NCBI GenBank assembly: GCA_963663895.2
Contig: CAXXRD010000005.1
Span: 96,001-160,000 of the forward strand
Direction: 5' to 3'
From: Dehalococcoidia bacterium
GTDB lineage: Bacteria > Chloroflexota > Dehalococcoidia > Bin125
Length of the DNA: 64,000 nt
This document shows, in pieces, positions 10,905 through 19,943 of the stretch (position 1 is its first letter; each line of letters opens with the position of its first letter). The notes beneath the pieces were generated by a model that was given only the letters and a program-made list of their open reading frames with translations, was not told the origin of the DNA and ran no database searches. The translations under genes were made by a program, and so were the position numbers.

Positions 10905-11687
10905 CTATCCGGCGAAGCCGCGCACGAGGTTGACGAAGCGCTCGGGTTGCTCAAGGTAAGGGCGGTGCCCGGCCTCCGGGATGGTCTCCAAGCGGGCGCC
11001 GGGGATGGCGGCGGCGAAGGCTTCCACGTACGCGCGTCCGACGAGCCCGTCGCTCTCGCCCCAGAGTAGCAGCGCGGGGACATCGACTCGATGGAGGCGC
11101 CCCTTGAGCTTGGGATTGTGCATGTAGGGTTCCCAGGTGTAGAGGGCCAGCGCCTCGCGGTTGCGGGCGACGATGGCCAGCTGCTCGTCCGACATCTTCT
11201 CCAGCTGGGGGAGCCACGCCTCGGGATCGTGGTAGAGCCGGCGCGTGACCTCGTCCCAGGGCATGGCGAAGACGTCGGGGATGTCGCGGGTCCAGCGGTC
11301 GCCCACCTTGATCCCCACCGGGTCGACCAAGATGAGGTGGGAGAAGTCGCGGGTGTCGCGGACGGCGATCTCGGCCGCGATCCAGCCGCCCATGGAATAG
11401 CCCATCACGACGGCGTCCGGTCGCGCCAGATCACGCAGGAAGTCGAGGTAGAGGTAGGCCAGGTCGTCGATCGTGTTGATCGCCTCCGGGCCGGGGGAGC
11501 CTCCGAAGCCGGGATGGGAGGGCGCGATGACCTCGAAGTGCTGGGCCAGAGCGTCGAGGTAGGGCGCGTGCTCCATGCCGCCGCCGCCGTGCAGGATGAG
11601 CAGGGGACGGCCCTCGCCGAGGCGCAGCGCCTCCAACGCCAGCTCCCCGATGACGAGACGGCCGTGTTGCCTGGGGTCTTCGCTCAC
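10905..11687 (-). CDS. Alpha/beta hydrolase
   Basis: LHGGGG, GYSMGG nucleophile elbow, WGESDG acid and AGH catalytic His. Confidence 0.92.
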   Translation of the reverse strand: MSEDPRQHGRLVIGELALEALRLGEGRPLLILHGGGGMEHAPYLDALAQHFEVIAPSHPGFGGSPGPEAINTIDDLAYLYLDFLRDLARPDAVVMGYSMGGWIAAEIAVRDTRDFSHLILVDPVGIKVGDRWTRDIPDVFAMPWDEVTRRLYHDPEAWLPQLEKMSDEQLAIVARNREALALYTWEPYMHNPKLKGRLHRVDVPALLLWGESDGLVGRAYVEAFAAAIPGARLETIPEAGHRPYLEQPERFVNLVRGFAG

Positions 11688-11854
11688 GCTGCTCGATCCT
11701 CCCTGCGGGCCGGCACGTTCCTGGTTAGACGGGGCGCAACCGTGTGATTTTACAGGCTGGTGCGTTTGGTGCGCCTCCCGGCGGCTGGCCGGGGAGGTAG
11801 CGCGTCGCGTAGCATCGGAAGCCGTTACAACGAACTTTTGCGGAAGAGGCGGCC

Positions 11855-12688
11855 ATGCGACTGGTGACCTTGCGGCGCGAGGATGGGACGACGCGGGCGG
11901 GCCGGGTCGAGGACGGGGAGATCGTCGAGCTTCCCTTCGAAGACGTGGGGGCCTTGCTCTCGCACCACCCGGAATGGGAGCGGGTGGCGGCGGAGGAGCG
12001 CGGTCCGACGCACGACCTGGCGACGGCCGGCTTGGCCCAACCGATCCTCTTCCCGCCCAAGATCATCGGGGTGGGGCTGAACTACGTCAGTCACATCCAG
12101 GAGATGGGCAACGAGCCGCCCAAGCACCCGATCCTCTTCGCTAAGTACGCCCGCGCGCTGATCGGGCCGCGTGACCCCATCCTGCTGCCGCGGGTGTCGG
12201 ACAAGGTGGACTGGGAGGTGGAGCTGGCGATCGTGATCGGGCAGGAGGCGCGGCACGTCCAGCCCCACGAGGTGACGCGCGTCGTGGCCGGCTACTCGAT
12301 CATCAACGACGTCTCGGTGCGGGACTGGCAGGTGCGGACGGGACAGTTCCTCTCGGGCAAGACGTTCGAGCGCTCGACGCCGCTGGGGCCGGCGCTCGTG
12401 ACGCACGGCGAGCTGCTCTACCCGGGCGAGCTGGATGTGCAGTGCGAGGTGGACGGGGAGGTGGTGCAGCAGGGGAACACCTCCGACCTGCTCTTCGGGA
12501 TCGTGGAGTTGGTCTGCTATCTCAGCCAGATCTTCACGCTCGACCCCGGAGACGTGATCGCAACGGGCACGCCCAGCGGGGTGGGAGCGGGACGCAAGCC
12601 GCCCGTCTTCCTCAAGCCGGGGCAGGTGGTGCGGACGAGCATCGAGGGACTGGGGGAGCTGGTGAATCCCTGCGTCGCCGAGGAGTAG
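11855..12688 (+). CDS. Fumarylacetoacetate hydrolase family protein
   Basis: KIIGVGLNY, DWEVEL, NDVSVRD, GKTF and GDVIATGTPSGVG motifs. Confidence 0.93.
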   Translation: MRLVTLRREDGTTRAGRVEDGEIVELPFEDVGALLSHHPEWERVAAEERGPTHDLATAGLAQPILFPPKIIGVGLNYVSHIQEMGNEPPKHPILFAKYARALIGPRDPILLPRVSDKVDWEVELAIVIGQEARHVQPHEVTRVVAGYSIINDVSVRDWQVRTGQFLSGKTFERSTPLGPALVTHGELLYPGELDVQCEVDGEVVQQGNTSDLLFGIVELVCYLSQIFTLDPGDVIATGTPSGVGAGRKPPVFLKPGQVVRTSIEGLGELVNPCVAEE

Positions 12689-12698
12689 CCGTCTTATT

Positions 12699-12773
12699 GC
12701 GGGGGTAGCTCAGGGGTAGAGCTCCTGCCTTCCAAGCAGGAGGCCGCGGGTTCGAATCCCGTCCCCCGCTCCA
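12699..12773 (+). tRNA. tRNA-Gly (TCC)
   Basis: GCGGGGG acceptor stem pairing with CCCCCGC, anticodon arm CCTGC-CT-TCC-AA-GCAGG, GGTTCGAATCC T-arm and encoded CCA. Confidence 0.96.
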
Positions 12774-12904
12774 TGCTTTTCGTGGCCGCTTTGGCATGCA
12801 CCGACTAGCGATGCGCTGGCGTCGCCCTTGATTCCGTCTACGGCGGCTTGCGCTGCACCCTTGCGAGTGGTGCGGCTCCAGAACAGGCCGCGTGCTGCAG
12901 GATG

Positions 12905-13426
12905 CTACTCCCCGGCGGCGGCCAGCTTGCCGCGGCCGGCGTAGGTCGAGCGGCCGATGGCGGTCGCGATCTGGGCCGTGTGCTGGAGGTCGTGGAAGGC
13001 GAAGTGAGAGAGCACGTTGAGCACGCTGAGCGGGCCCAAGGCGCTGTGCCGGCCCGTTCGCCCGAGCTGATCGTCGCGGAGATTGCGGAAGACGGCCAGC
13101 GTGTGCGTCCGCTCGTCGGCGAAGGCCGCTAGCAAGCCGGACAGGCTCAGTCCGCGGCTGCGCAGCGCCTCGAGCACGGCGGGTCCGTCGACGTTGACGA
13201 TCTCGGCATCGTCGCTGTCGAGGATCGTTTGGATGCGGGCGCGCAGGGCGGGCTCCTCGGCGGAGACGAGATGGCCCAGCACGTCGACGGCGGCCCAGCC
13301 GCCGTCCTCGCCGGGGGCCTGCGCCAGCTCGGGCGGGAGCGCGCCCAGCAGGGCCTGCAGGGCGTCGGGGGTGGCTTCCAGGATCGCGATCGCCTGATCG
13401 GCGGCGGTGCGTTCTACGGTCGACAT
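12905..13426 (-). CDS. DinB/YfiT-family protein
   Basis: ATG at 13426 (MSTVERT); W..VDVLGHL...E and HFAFHDLQH metal-binding His pattern. Confidence 0.85.
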   Translation of the reverse strand: MSTVERTAADQAIAILEATPDALQALLGALPPELAQAPGEDGGWAAVDVLGHLVSAEEPALRARIQTILDSDDAEIVNVDGPAVLEALRSRGLSLSGLLAAFADERTHTLAVFRNLRDDQLGRTGRHSALGPLSVLNVLSHFAFHDLQHTAQIATAIGRSTYAGRGKLAAAGE

Positions 13427-13449
13427 GGGTCCCTGCTCCCCGCTCTCTC

Positions 13450-13986
13450 CTAGCTCTGCGCGGCGCCGCGATACTGCGCCCGCTGCGCGTCCTGGATCTG
13501 CTCGATCTGCTCGTAGCGGCGGCCGTAGATCTGGGGCGGGTCCCAGCTGTTGAGACCGGCGTAGGTGTCGATCTGGCTGCGATGGTGGATGTCGTGCTCG
13601 GTCATCATCATCAGTACGCGCCAGCCGCGCACGGTGCTGTCCGTATCGACGAGCGGCACCCGGCGCTGCAGCCAGTCGGCCGGGGTGTCCTGCAGGGCCT
13701 CGCGGAAGGCCTCCTCGCTGCGTTCGAGGGCGGAGATCCACTGCTCGCGGGAGCTAACGTCGGGGAACTCGGGGAAGATCCAGCCCTCCGCGCGGTAGGC
13801 GCTGGCGAAGAACCCCCGCGAGGCCGCGACGTGGGCCACGATCTCGTTCACGCTCCACGCGTTCTCGCCCTCCCCGGCGGGAGGCTTCCATCCGTCGGCC
13901 TGGGGCGGCAGGGCGGCGACGTCGCGCATGGTGCGTTTGTTGATGGAGCTGAAATAGCGCAGGAAGTCTTCAATGCTGCTGAGCAT
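13450..13986 (-). CDS. DinB-family protein
   Basis: WSVNEIVAHV and EHDIHHRSQIDTY motifs; AAGGAG RBS upstream. Confidence 0.88.
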   Translation of the reverse strand: MLSSIEDFLRYFSSINKRTMRDVAALPPQADGWKPPAGEGENAWSVNEIVAHVAASRGFFASAYRAEGWIFPEFPDVSSREQWISALERSEEAFREALQDTPADWLQRRVPLVDTDSTVRGWRVLMMMTEHDIHHRSQIDTYAGLNSWDPPQIYGRRYEQIEQIQDAQRAQYRGAAQS

Positions 13987-14096
13987 GAGCCGTCTCCTTT
14001 GAGCGTGAGCGGCCTCTACGCTAGCAGTCTTGCGGGGTGCGTCGCGGGATCTGCTCGCGAGATCAATGGGGGATCAACGAGGAAGCGAGGCGGGAC

Positions 14097-14465
14097 GTGA
14101 TCGGAAACATCAAGACCGTGGCGATCTACGTGGCCGACCAGGAGGTGGCCGAGCGCTTCTACACGGAGCAGCTGGGATTCGAAGTGCGCCGCCGCCAGGC
14201 GATGGGGGCCGATGCCTCCTGGCTGGAGATGGCGCCGCCCGGCGGGGAGAGCCGGGTGGTGCTGTACCCGCGATCGCTCATGAAGGACTGGGCGGAGCGG
14301 AAGCCCTCGATCGTGTTCGGCTGCGAGGACGTTGCGGCGGAGCACCGGACCCTGAGCGAGCGCGGCGTCGTCTTCACGCAAGAGCCGGCGCCGATGCCCT
14401 GGGGCACGTTCGCGGCGTTCCGCGATCCAGACGGTAACGAGTTCTTGCTGGCCGAGGGACGCTAG
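14097..14465 (+). CDS. VOC (glyoxalase/bleomycin resistance) family protein
   Basis: VADQEVAERFYTEQLGF and PWGTFAAFRDPDGNEF; GTG start at 14097. Confidence 0.9.
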   Translation: MIGNIKTVAIYVADQEVAERFYTEQLGFEVRRRQAMGADASWLEMAPPGGESRVVLYPRSLMKDWAERKPSIVFGCEDVAAEHRTLSERGVVFTQEPAPMPWGTFAAFRDPDGNEFLLAEGR

Positions 14466-14479
14466 CGCATCGCTTCCAC

Positions 14480-15361
14480 CTACCGCGTGTCGTCGGCGGC
14501 GAGCTTGGCGGCGAGCTCGGCGTACTCGTCCAGGAGAGGCAGCACGGTTGCGGCGGGGGCGGGCGGGACGCCGAGGACCAGCCGTTGGAAGCCGAGGCCG
14601 ATGAGGTCGCGGGCGTGCTCCTCGCGCGCGGCGGGGTCCGCCTTGGGCCAGGGGTTGAACGCGGTGAGGGAGATCGAGTCCATCGTTCGGCCGAAGTTGG
14701 CGGCGGTTTTCTCGAGCTCCGGTATGGCGCGGGTGAGGTCGCTGCGCCCGGGCAGCGGCATCCAGCCGTCGCAGTACTCAGCGATGCGGCCGTAGGCCCA
14801 CTTGGTCGCGTTGGAGCCGAGGAGGATGGGCGGCCCGCCCGGCTGGACCGGCTTCGGCCACGACCAGACCGGACCAAAGTCCACGAAGCGGCCGTGATAC
14901 TCGGCCGCGTCCTGGGTCCAGAGCGCCCGCATGGCTTGGACGTGCTCGCGCACCACCAGCCAGCGGTCCTGGAACGCGACCCCGTGGTTGGCGAGCTCCT
15001 CGGCGTTCCAGCCGGCGCCGATCCCGAAGATGAAGCGTCCGCCGGAGATCTGGTCGAGCGAGGCGACCGCTTTGGCGGTCGCGATCGGATCGCGCTGCGC
15101 GATCAAGCAGACGCCGGTCGCGAGCTTGATCCGGGAGGTCACGGCGGCCGCGGCGGTGAGGGCGACGAAAGGGTCGTGCAGGCGGGAGTATTCGCGAGGC
15201 AGCTCTCCGCCGCCGGGGAAGGGCGTTTCGCGGCTGCTGGGGATGTGCGTGTGCTCCGGCAAGAAGAGCGACTCGAAGCCGCGCTCCTCGACGGCCCTGG
15301 CAAGGTCCGGCGGCTGAATCGCTTCGTCAGTGGCGAACATCATGATGCCGATATCGGTCAT
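14480..15361 (-). CDS. LLM-class F420-dependent oxidoreductase (Rv2161c-like)
   Basis: GFESLFLPEHTHIP, DPFVALTAAAAVT, RDPIATAKAVASLD and GAGWNAEE; ATG at 15361 with GAGG RBS. Confidence 0.9.
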   Translation of the reverse strand: MTDIGIMMFATDEAIQPPDLARAVEERGFESLFLPEHTHIPSSRETPFPGGGELPREYSRLHDPFVALTAAAAVTSRIKLATGVCLIAQRDPIATAKAVASLDQISGGRFIFGIGAGWNAEELANHGVAFQDRWLVVREHVQAMRALWTQDAAEYHGRFVDFGPVWSWPKPVQPGGPPILLGSNATKWAYGRIAEYCDGWMPLPGRSDLTRAIPELEKTAANFGRTMDSISLTAFNPWPKADPAAREEHARDLIGLGFQRLVLGVPPAPAATVLPLLDEYAELAAKLAADDTR

Positions 15362-15401
15362 GGTTTCCTCCGTGGTTGGTGGATTGCTGGGCGGGATGCT
15401 G

Positions 15402-15752
15402 TTACAGCAACTGGAAGGCGTCGCTGTAGATCGTGGGATTGAAAGGAGCGATCGCCTCCCGCACTTGCGGGGAAGGGTCGCCCAGGACATCGATCGTGAC
15501 GTCCGAGCACAGCGAGACCAAGCGCTCCAGCAGCACGCCCATGTTGCTCATGTGCGCCATGAGTGCCTCGGAGTTGGAGTAGGTCTCCTGGATTTTGGCG
15601 CGCGCGCCGTCCGGGCTCAGGAACCAGTCGTAGCGCGAAGTGCCGGGGTCTCTCTCTCGGACGGCGGCCAGCAGCTGTCCCGCCGTGGCTTTGAAGGCGT
15701 CCGTTTTGCCCGATGCGATCGTGCACGATACGACTATTCGCAGCTCATCCAT
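15402..15752 (-). CDS. ABM (antibiotic biosynthesis monooxygenase)-like dimeric alpha-beta barrel protein
   Basis: 116 aa with a DPGTSRYDW...ETYSNSEALMAH pattern. Confidence 0.75.
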   Translation of the reverse strand: MDELRIVVSCTIASGKTDAFKATAGQLLAAVRERDPGTSRYDWFLSPDGARAKIQETYSNSEALMAHMSNMGVLLERLVSLCSDVTIDVLGDPSPQVREAIAPFNPTIYSDAFQLL

Positions 15753-15885
15753 GGTTGTACTTCCTCGCTGTGCGGGAGGATGGATCCGCGAGCGGCATTG
15801 TAGACCCCGCCACGCGCGGAACAGAGGGTGGGGAGGGCTTAGAAGTAACTGGCGATTAAGGCAGCTTGGCCGATGTCCGCAGTAG

Positions 15886-16968
15886 CTACTGCAACGGAAG
15901 CGGGGACTGCCACCAGCTGGGGCGCCCGCTGAGCTCGATGCGTTCGACCCACTTCACCCAGTTGTAGCCGCGGCGCCCCGGCGCGATCAGGCGCAGCGGG
16001 TAGCCGTGAGCGCTCGAGAGCGGCTCGATCTCGCCGTCGATCGTGGTGACGTGGGTGGCGAGCAGGAGACGCCCGGCATGGTCGAGGGCGAAGCGGCGGT
16101 GAAAGCCCGTGACGGATCGGAAAATGATGCTCCGGGCTTCGGGCGTGGGGGATGTCCGGCGAAGGAGATCGGCGACGGGGAGGCCGTGCCAGACCTGCTC
16201 GGTATACCAGCCGCCGGTGCAGTCGAGAACGGCCTGGCCCTGGGCGCGGGCAGCGGCGACGAGTTCCTCGTAGGTGATGGCGAGCGGCGCGGCGACGGCG
16301 CCGTCGACGCGGAGGCGCCAGTCGGCCGGATCGATGCGCTGGCGTGAGTCGCTCAGCCAGTTGGTGACGGGGTGATCGTTGCCGGCGAAGCTGTGCTCCT
16401 CGCGCGAGCCGGTGAAGCGCCGGCCGGCGCCGGAGAGGGAAGCGAGCGACGTGCCGGTTTCGGTCCCGCGCCAGACGACCAAGGCCGTTGCCACGACGGC
16501 GGTCCCGCGCAGCGCGGTGCGGCGGCTGACGAAGTCGGAGGGGCGCGTGCGCGGCCAGCGCAGCAGCGCGTGGATCAGGAAGGGTGGGAGCAGCGCCAGC
16601 GACAGGATGACGTGCAGCGTGAGACCGCTGACGCGCCCGTAGAAGGGCAACGTGATCATGGGCAGCCCGACCGTCGCCCAGGCGATGCCGGTTGCGAGGG
16701 CGCCGAGGAAGACGAGCGTGAGGAGGGCCGGCAGGAGCGACCAGAGACCGGCGCCGCGGCGCGCGAACGATCGTGCGACGATGCGCCACTTCCACAGGAG
16801 CAACACGACGAGGGTGAAGCCGCCGAGGCTGTGCAGCCAGAATACCCACCGGCTGGCCGGTTGGCCTGTGACAAAGCCGCCGATGCCGCTGGCGGTTTCC
16901 AGTAGCAGCAGGGTAAGAATTGCGAGGTTGGTCGCGCGGGCGCTCACCGGTGCTCCAGCCGTCTGCAT
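15886..16968 (-). CDS. Membrane-bound molybdopterin oxidoreductase (sulfite-oxidase fold) with heme-b-type TM domain
   Basis: N-terminal TM helices with His residues; Mo-domain motifs WRLRVDG, LDCTGGW, HGYPLRLIAPG and WVKWV. Confidence 0.85.
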   Translation of the reverse strand: MQTAGAPVSARATNLAILTLLLLETASGIGGFVTGQPASRWVFWLHSLGGFTLVVLLLWKWRIVARSFARRGAGLWSLLPALLTLVFLGALATGIAWATVGLPMITLPFYGRVSGLTLHVILSLALLPPFLIHALLRWPRTRPSDFVSRRTALRGTAVVATALVVWRGTETGTSLASLSGAGRRFTGSREEHSFAGNDHPVTNWLSDSRQRIDPADWRLRVDGAVAAPLAITYEELVAAARAQGQAVLDCTGGWYTEQVWHGLPVADLLRRTSPTPEARSIIFRSVTGFHRRFALDHAGRLLLATHVTTIDGEIEPLSSAHGYPLRLIAPGRRGYNWVKWVERIELSGRPSWWQSPLPLQ

Positions 16969-17160
16969 GGTAGGGGTTCAGGCGGGCTGTGAGGGTGCGA
17001 TCGGGCTGCGCCGCTTGAGAGATCGAGAACGCATGATCCGAGAGATAATCCGGGCTCCGGCTTCGCTGTGCGCGGCCGGAAGCTCTTGCTATGCGGAGCG
17101 AGGCATGCTCGAATCAGCGGATAGCGCGACGGGTTTCGCCGCCGCGACAGGAGGAGCGCA

Positions 17161-17766
17161 ATGATAGAGAAGATCCGAAGGCATCGCGCGATGCAGATCT
17201 CGCGTCGTCGGATGTTGGTGCTATCGATCGGGTTGGTCGTCGGAGTGATGGGGCTCGCGCTCGTGGGGTGCGGCGGAAGTGACGACGGCGACGGCGCAGC
17301 TGCCCCGAGCGCAGCGGCGAGTCAACAACCGTCGGCGCCGAGCGACTCGCCGCCCGAACCGACAGAGATTCCGGCCACGCCCGAGCTGGAACCGGCCGGC
17401 CCGATCGGCTCCGCCTCCACCGTGGTCAACGTGACACAGAACAGTGACTTCTCGCTCACGCTGGATCAGGATTCGGTCCCGTCCGGAGAGGTGACGTTCA
17501 TCATTCAGAATGACCACGCACTGGCCCACGAGTTCGTGGTGATGCGGAGCGATCTCGAAGTGTTCGACCTGAAGCTGCGGGAGTTCACCATCGACCCGAC
17601 GCAGCCGGGGGTCGAGTTCATCGGAGAGCTGACCCAGGCGGAGAACCCGCCGGGCGAAGTGGCCACCCTGACCGTGTCGCTGGCGCCCGGGCGGCACCTC
17701 GTGAGCTGCCTCGCCGACTCGCATTACCAGCAGTTCCACGAGATCGCGGAGCTTCAGGTCAACTAA
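17161..17766 (+). CDS. Cupredoxin (sulfocyanin/auracyanin-like) lipoprotein
   Basis: RRR signal and LVGC lipobox, Pro/Ser linker, GEVTF..QN..AHEFVV and PGRH..SC....H cupredoxin ligand pattern. Confidence 0.75.
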   Translation: MIEKIRRHRAMQISRRRMLVLSIGLVVGVMGLALVGCGGSDDGDGAAAPSAAASQQPSAPSDSPPEPTEIPATPELEPAGPIGSASTVVNVTQNSDFSLTLDQDSVPSGEVTFIIQNDHALAHEFVVMRSDLEVFDLKLREFTIDPTQPGVEFIGELTQAENPPGEVATLTVSLAPGRHLVSCLADSHYQQFHEIAELQVN

Positions 17767-17966
17767 CCCCGAGGTTGCAGCGTCGCTGCGGCGTGCAGTC
17801 TCCATGCTCCCCGCCACGATCCGCTTCATGCGATCGAGGCCGTACTGTGGCTTGCTCCGCTCGCGTGCTTAGCCGTTCGGATCGTTGACAATGCCGCTTG
17901 TTGGCTGGGGAAACCGCTGCCGCTTAAGACGTACGGGTACGCTGCATCCGTCTCTCACGCAGTAGG

Positions 17967-19939
17967 TTGTCCGTCGTGAGCGACGACATGCAGGAGGCCG
18001 CCGATAGGGCAGCGGCTGCTGCGGAAGGTGCGCCTGAGATCGCGCTGCCGGAGCAGGAGCGCGTCTACCGCGCGCCCGCGCGCTTCGGGCACGTGCCCGT
18101 TGCCGATGTGCCCAAGGGCTGGGACGCGCGCAACCCCGGCTTCCGCAACCACTACCCGAACGTACGGCTGCCGACGCAGGTGGTGGAGCGTGTCAGCCTC
18201 GGCGCGCCGGAGCTGGAGCCGAACCGCCTGATCTGGGGCGACAACCTGCATGTGATGCGCACGCTGCCCTCGGAGAGCGTCGACCTCATCTACATCGACC
18301 CGCCGTTCTTCTCGAACCGCGTCTACAACGTGATCTGGGGAGACGAGCACGAGGAGCGCTCGTTCTCCGACATCTGGGAGGGCGGCCTCGACGGCTACTT
18401 GATCTGGCTCAACGCCCGTCTCTACGAGATGAAGCGCCTGCTCAAGCCCAGCGGCTCGATCTACGTCCACTGCGACTGGCACGCCTCGCACTACATCAAG
18501 GTCGAGATGGATAAGGTCTTTGGATACGAGAATTTTCAGAACGAGATCGTCTGGCACTATGGGGGCCGAGGTGCCAAAGCTGTTGCGAAGAGATTCCCCC
18601 GGAATCATGATGTGGTGTTGTTTTACGCCATAGGAGATCGGCATCCGAGTTTCCATAGGCAGTATGCGGATCGCCTTGCTACACCAGAAGAGGCACGGCG
18701 TCGGGGCTTGCGCAAAGACACTGACGGTCGATGGTTCAAGACCGCTCCGAGGGGGGATTACACAGACGACTCCATACAACGGCTTGATGAAGAAGGGCGT
18801 ATACACCGAACGAGAACTGGCTCGATTCGTATCAAATACTTCCTCCGTGAAGAGAACGGGATGGTCGTAGAAGACGTCTTGGTCGGAGACACTTGGTCCG
18901 ACATCTCGGATGCTATGCATATTGGTAGCGAGCGTGTCGGCTACCCCACGCAGAAGCCTGAGGCGCTGATCGAGCGCATCATCCGGGCGTCCTCAAACGA
19001 GGGCGACTTGGTACTTGACATATTCGCGGGGGGGGCACTACAGGGGTGGTCGCTCAGCGGCTCGGCCGCCGCTGGATCATGTGCGACCAATCGCGCGTCG
19101 CGGTCGCCGTCACCGCCGAGCGGTGCAAGCACGCGGCGATCGAGCGCGCGCTCGGCGACGCGCCGCTGCCCGATTTCACGATCGAGCACTGGGGCGTCTA
19201 CGAGGCTGAACGTCTGGCGTCGCTCTCACTGGAACAGTTCCGCGCCTTCGTCCTCGACTGCTACGACGCCCGCCTCCCCAGCACGGATGAGGGTATCCAC
19301 GGTTACAAGGGCGCGTCGGCGCGCGTGCCGGTCTGGGTCGGCCCGCCTGCGCTGACCTCTACCGTCGACGCGGGCGACGTCAACGCCTTCGCGCAGGCGA
19401 TCGCGCGGCTCGACCGCTACCGTGGCGAGGAGGGGCTGCGCGACGGCGTGATGCTGGCGTGGGGATTCAGCCCCGGCGCGCGCCGTGCTGCCACGGAGCT
19501 GCGTGAGCGCGAGGGCGTCTCGCTCGCCTTCGTGCGCCTCGAACAGGTCCGCATCGACTCGCCCGACTTCCGCCGGCATATCGCCAGCCAGTCCACGGAG
19601 CGCGGCGACTACTCGCAGTTCCTCACCTTCGTCCAGCCGCCGCTGGTCGAGGTCGCGCACCGGCGGATGAAGCGACTGCATTACGAGTTCGATGCCGGCG
19701 ACACGCAACCGCAGAACGCGGACGCTTCGATCGTGAACGTGCAGTGGGATTTCGATTACGACGGACGCACCTTCCGCGCCGCGCGCGGGGAGTGGTTCCA
19801 CCGCAAGGGCAAGGGCGGTGCTCCCGTGCTCGATGCGCAGTACACGTTCCCCCGCGCGGGCTCGTTCCGCGTCGCCTGCCGCGTGCAGGACGACAAGGGC
19901 GGCGAGGGCGAGTGGAGCGGCGAGATCGCGGTGGAGTAG
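17967..19939 (+). CDS. Beta-class N6/N4 DNA methyltransferase (Type III Mod-like) with C-terminal extension; frameshift in G8 tract at 19028-19035
   Basis: DLIYIDPPF motif IV, then TRD, YPTQKPEAL and motif I F-A-G-G-G-T-T, restored by adding one G. It continues into ORF 19046..19939, ending in a PKD-like QWDFDYDG..YTF..AG..RVACRVQDDKG domain. Confidence 0.88.
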
Positions 19940-19943
19940 CGCC

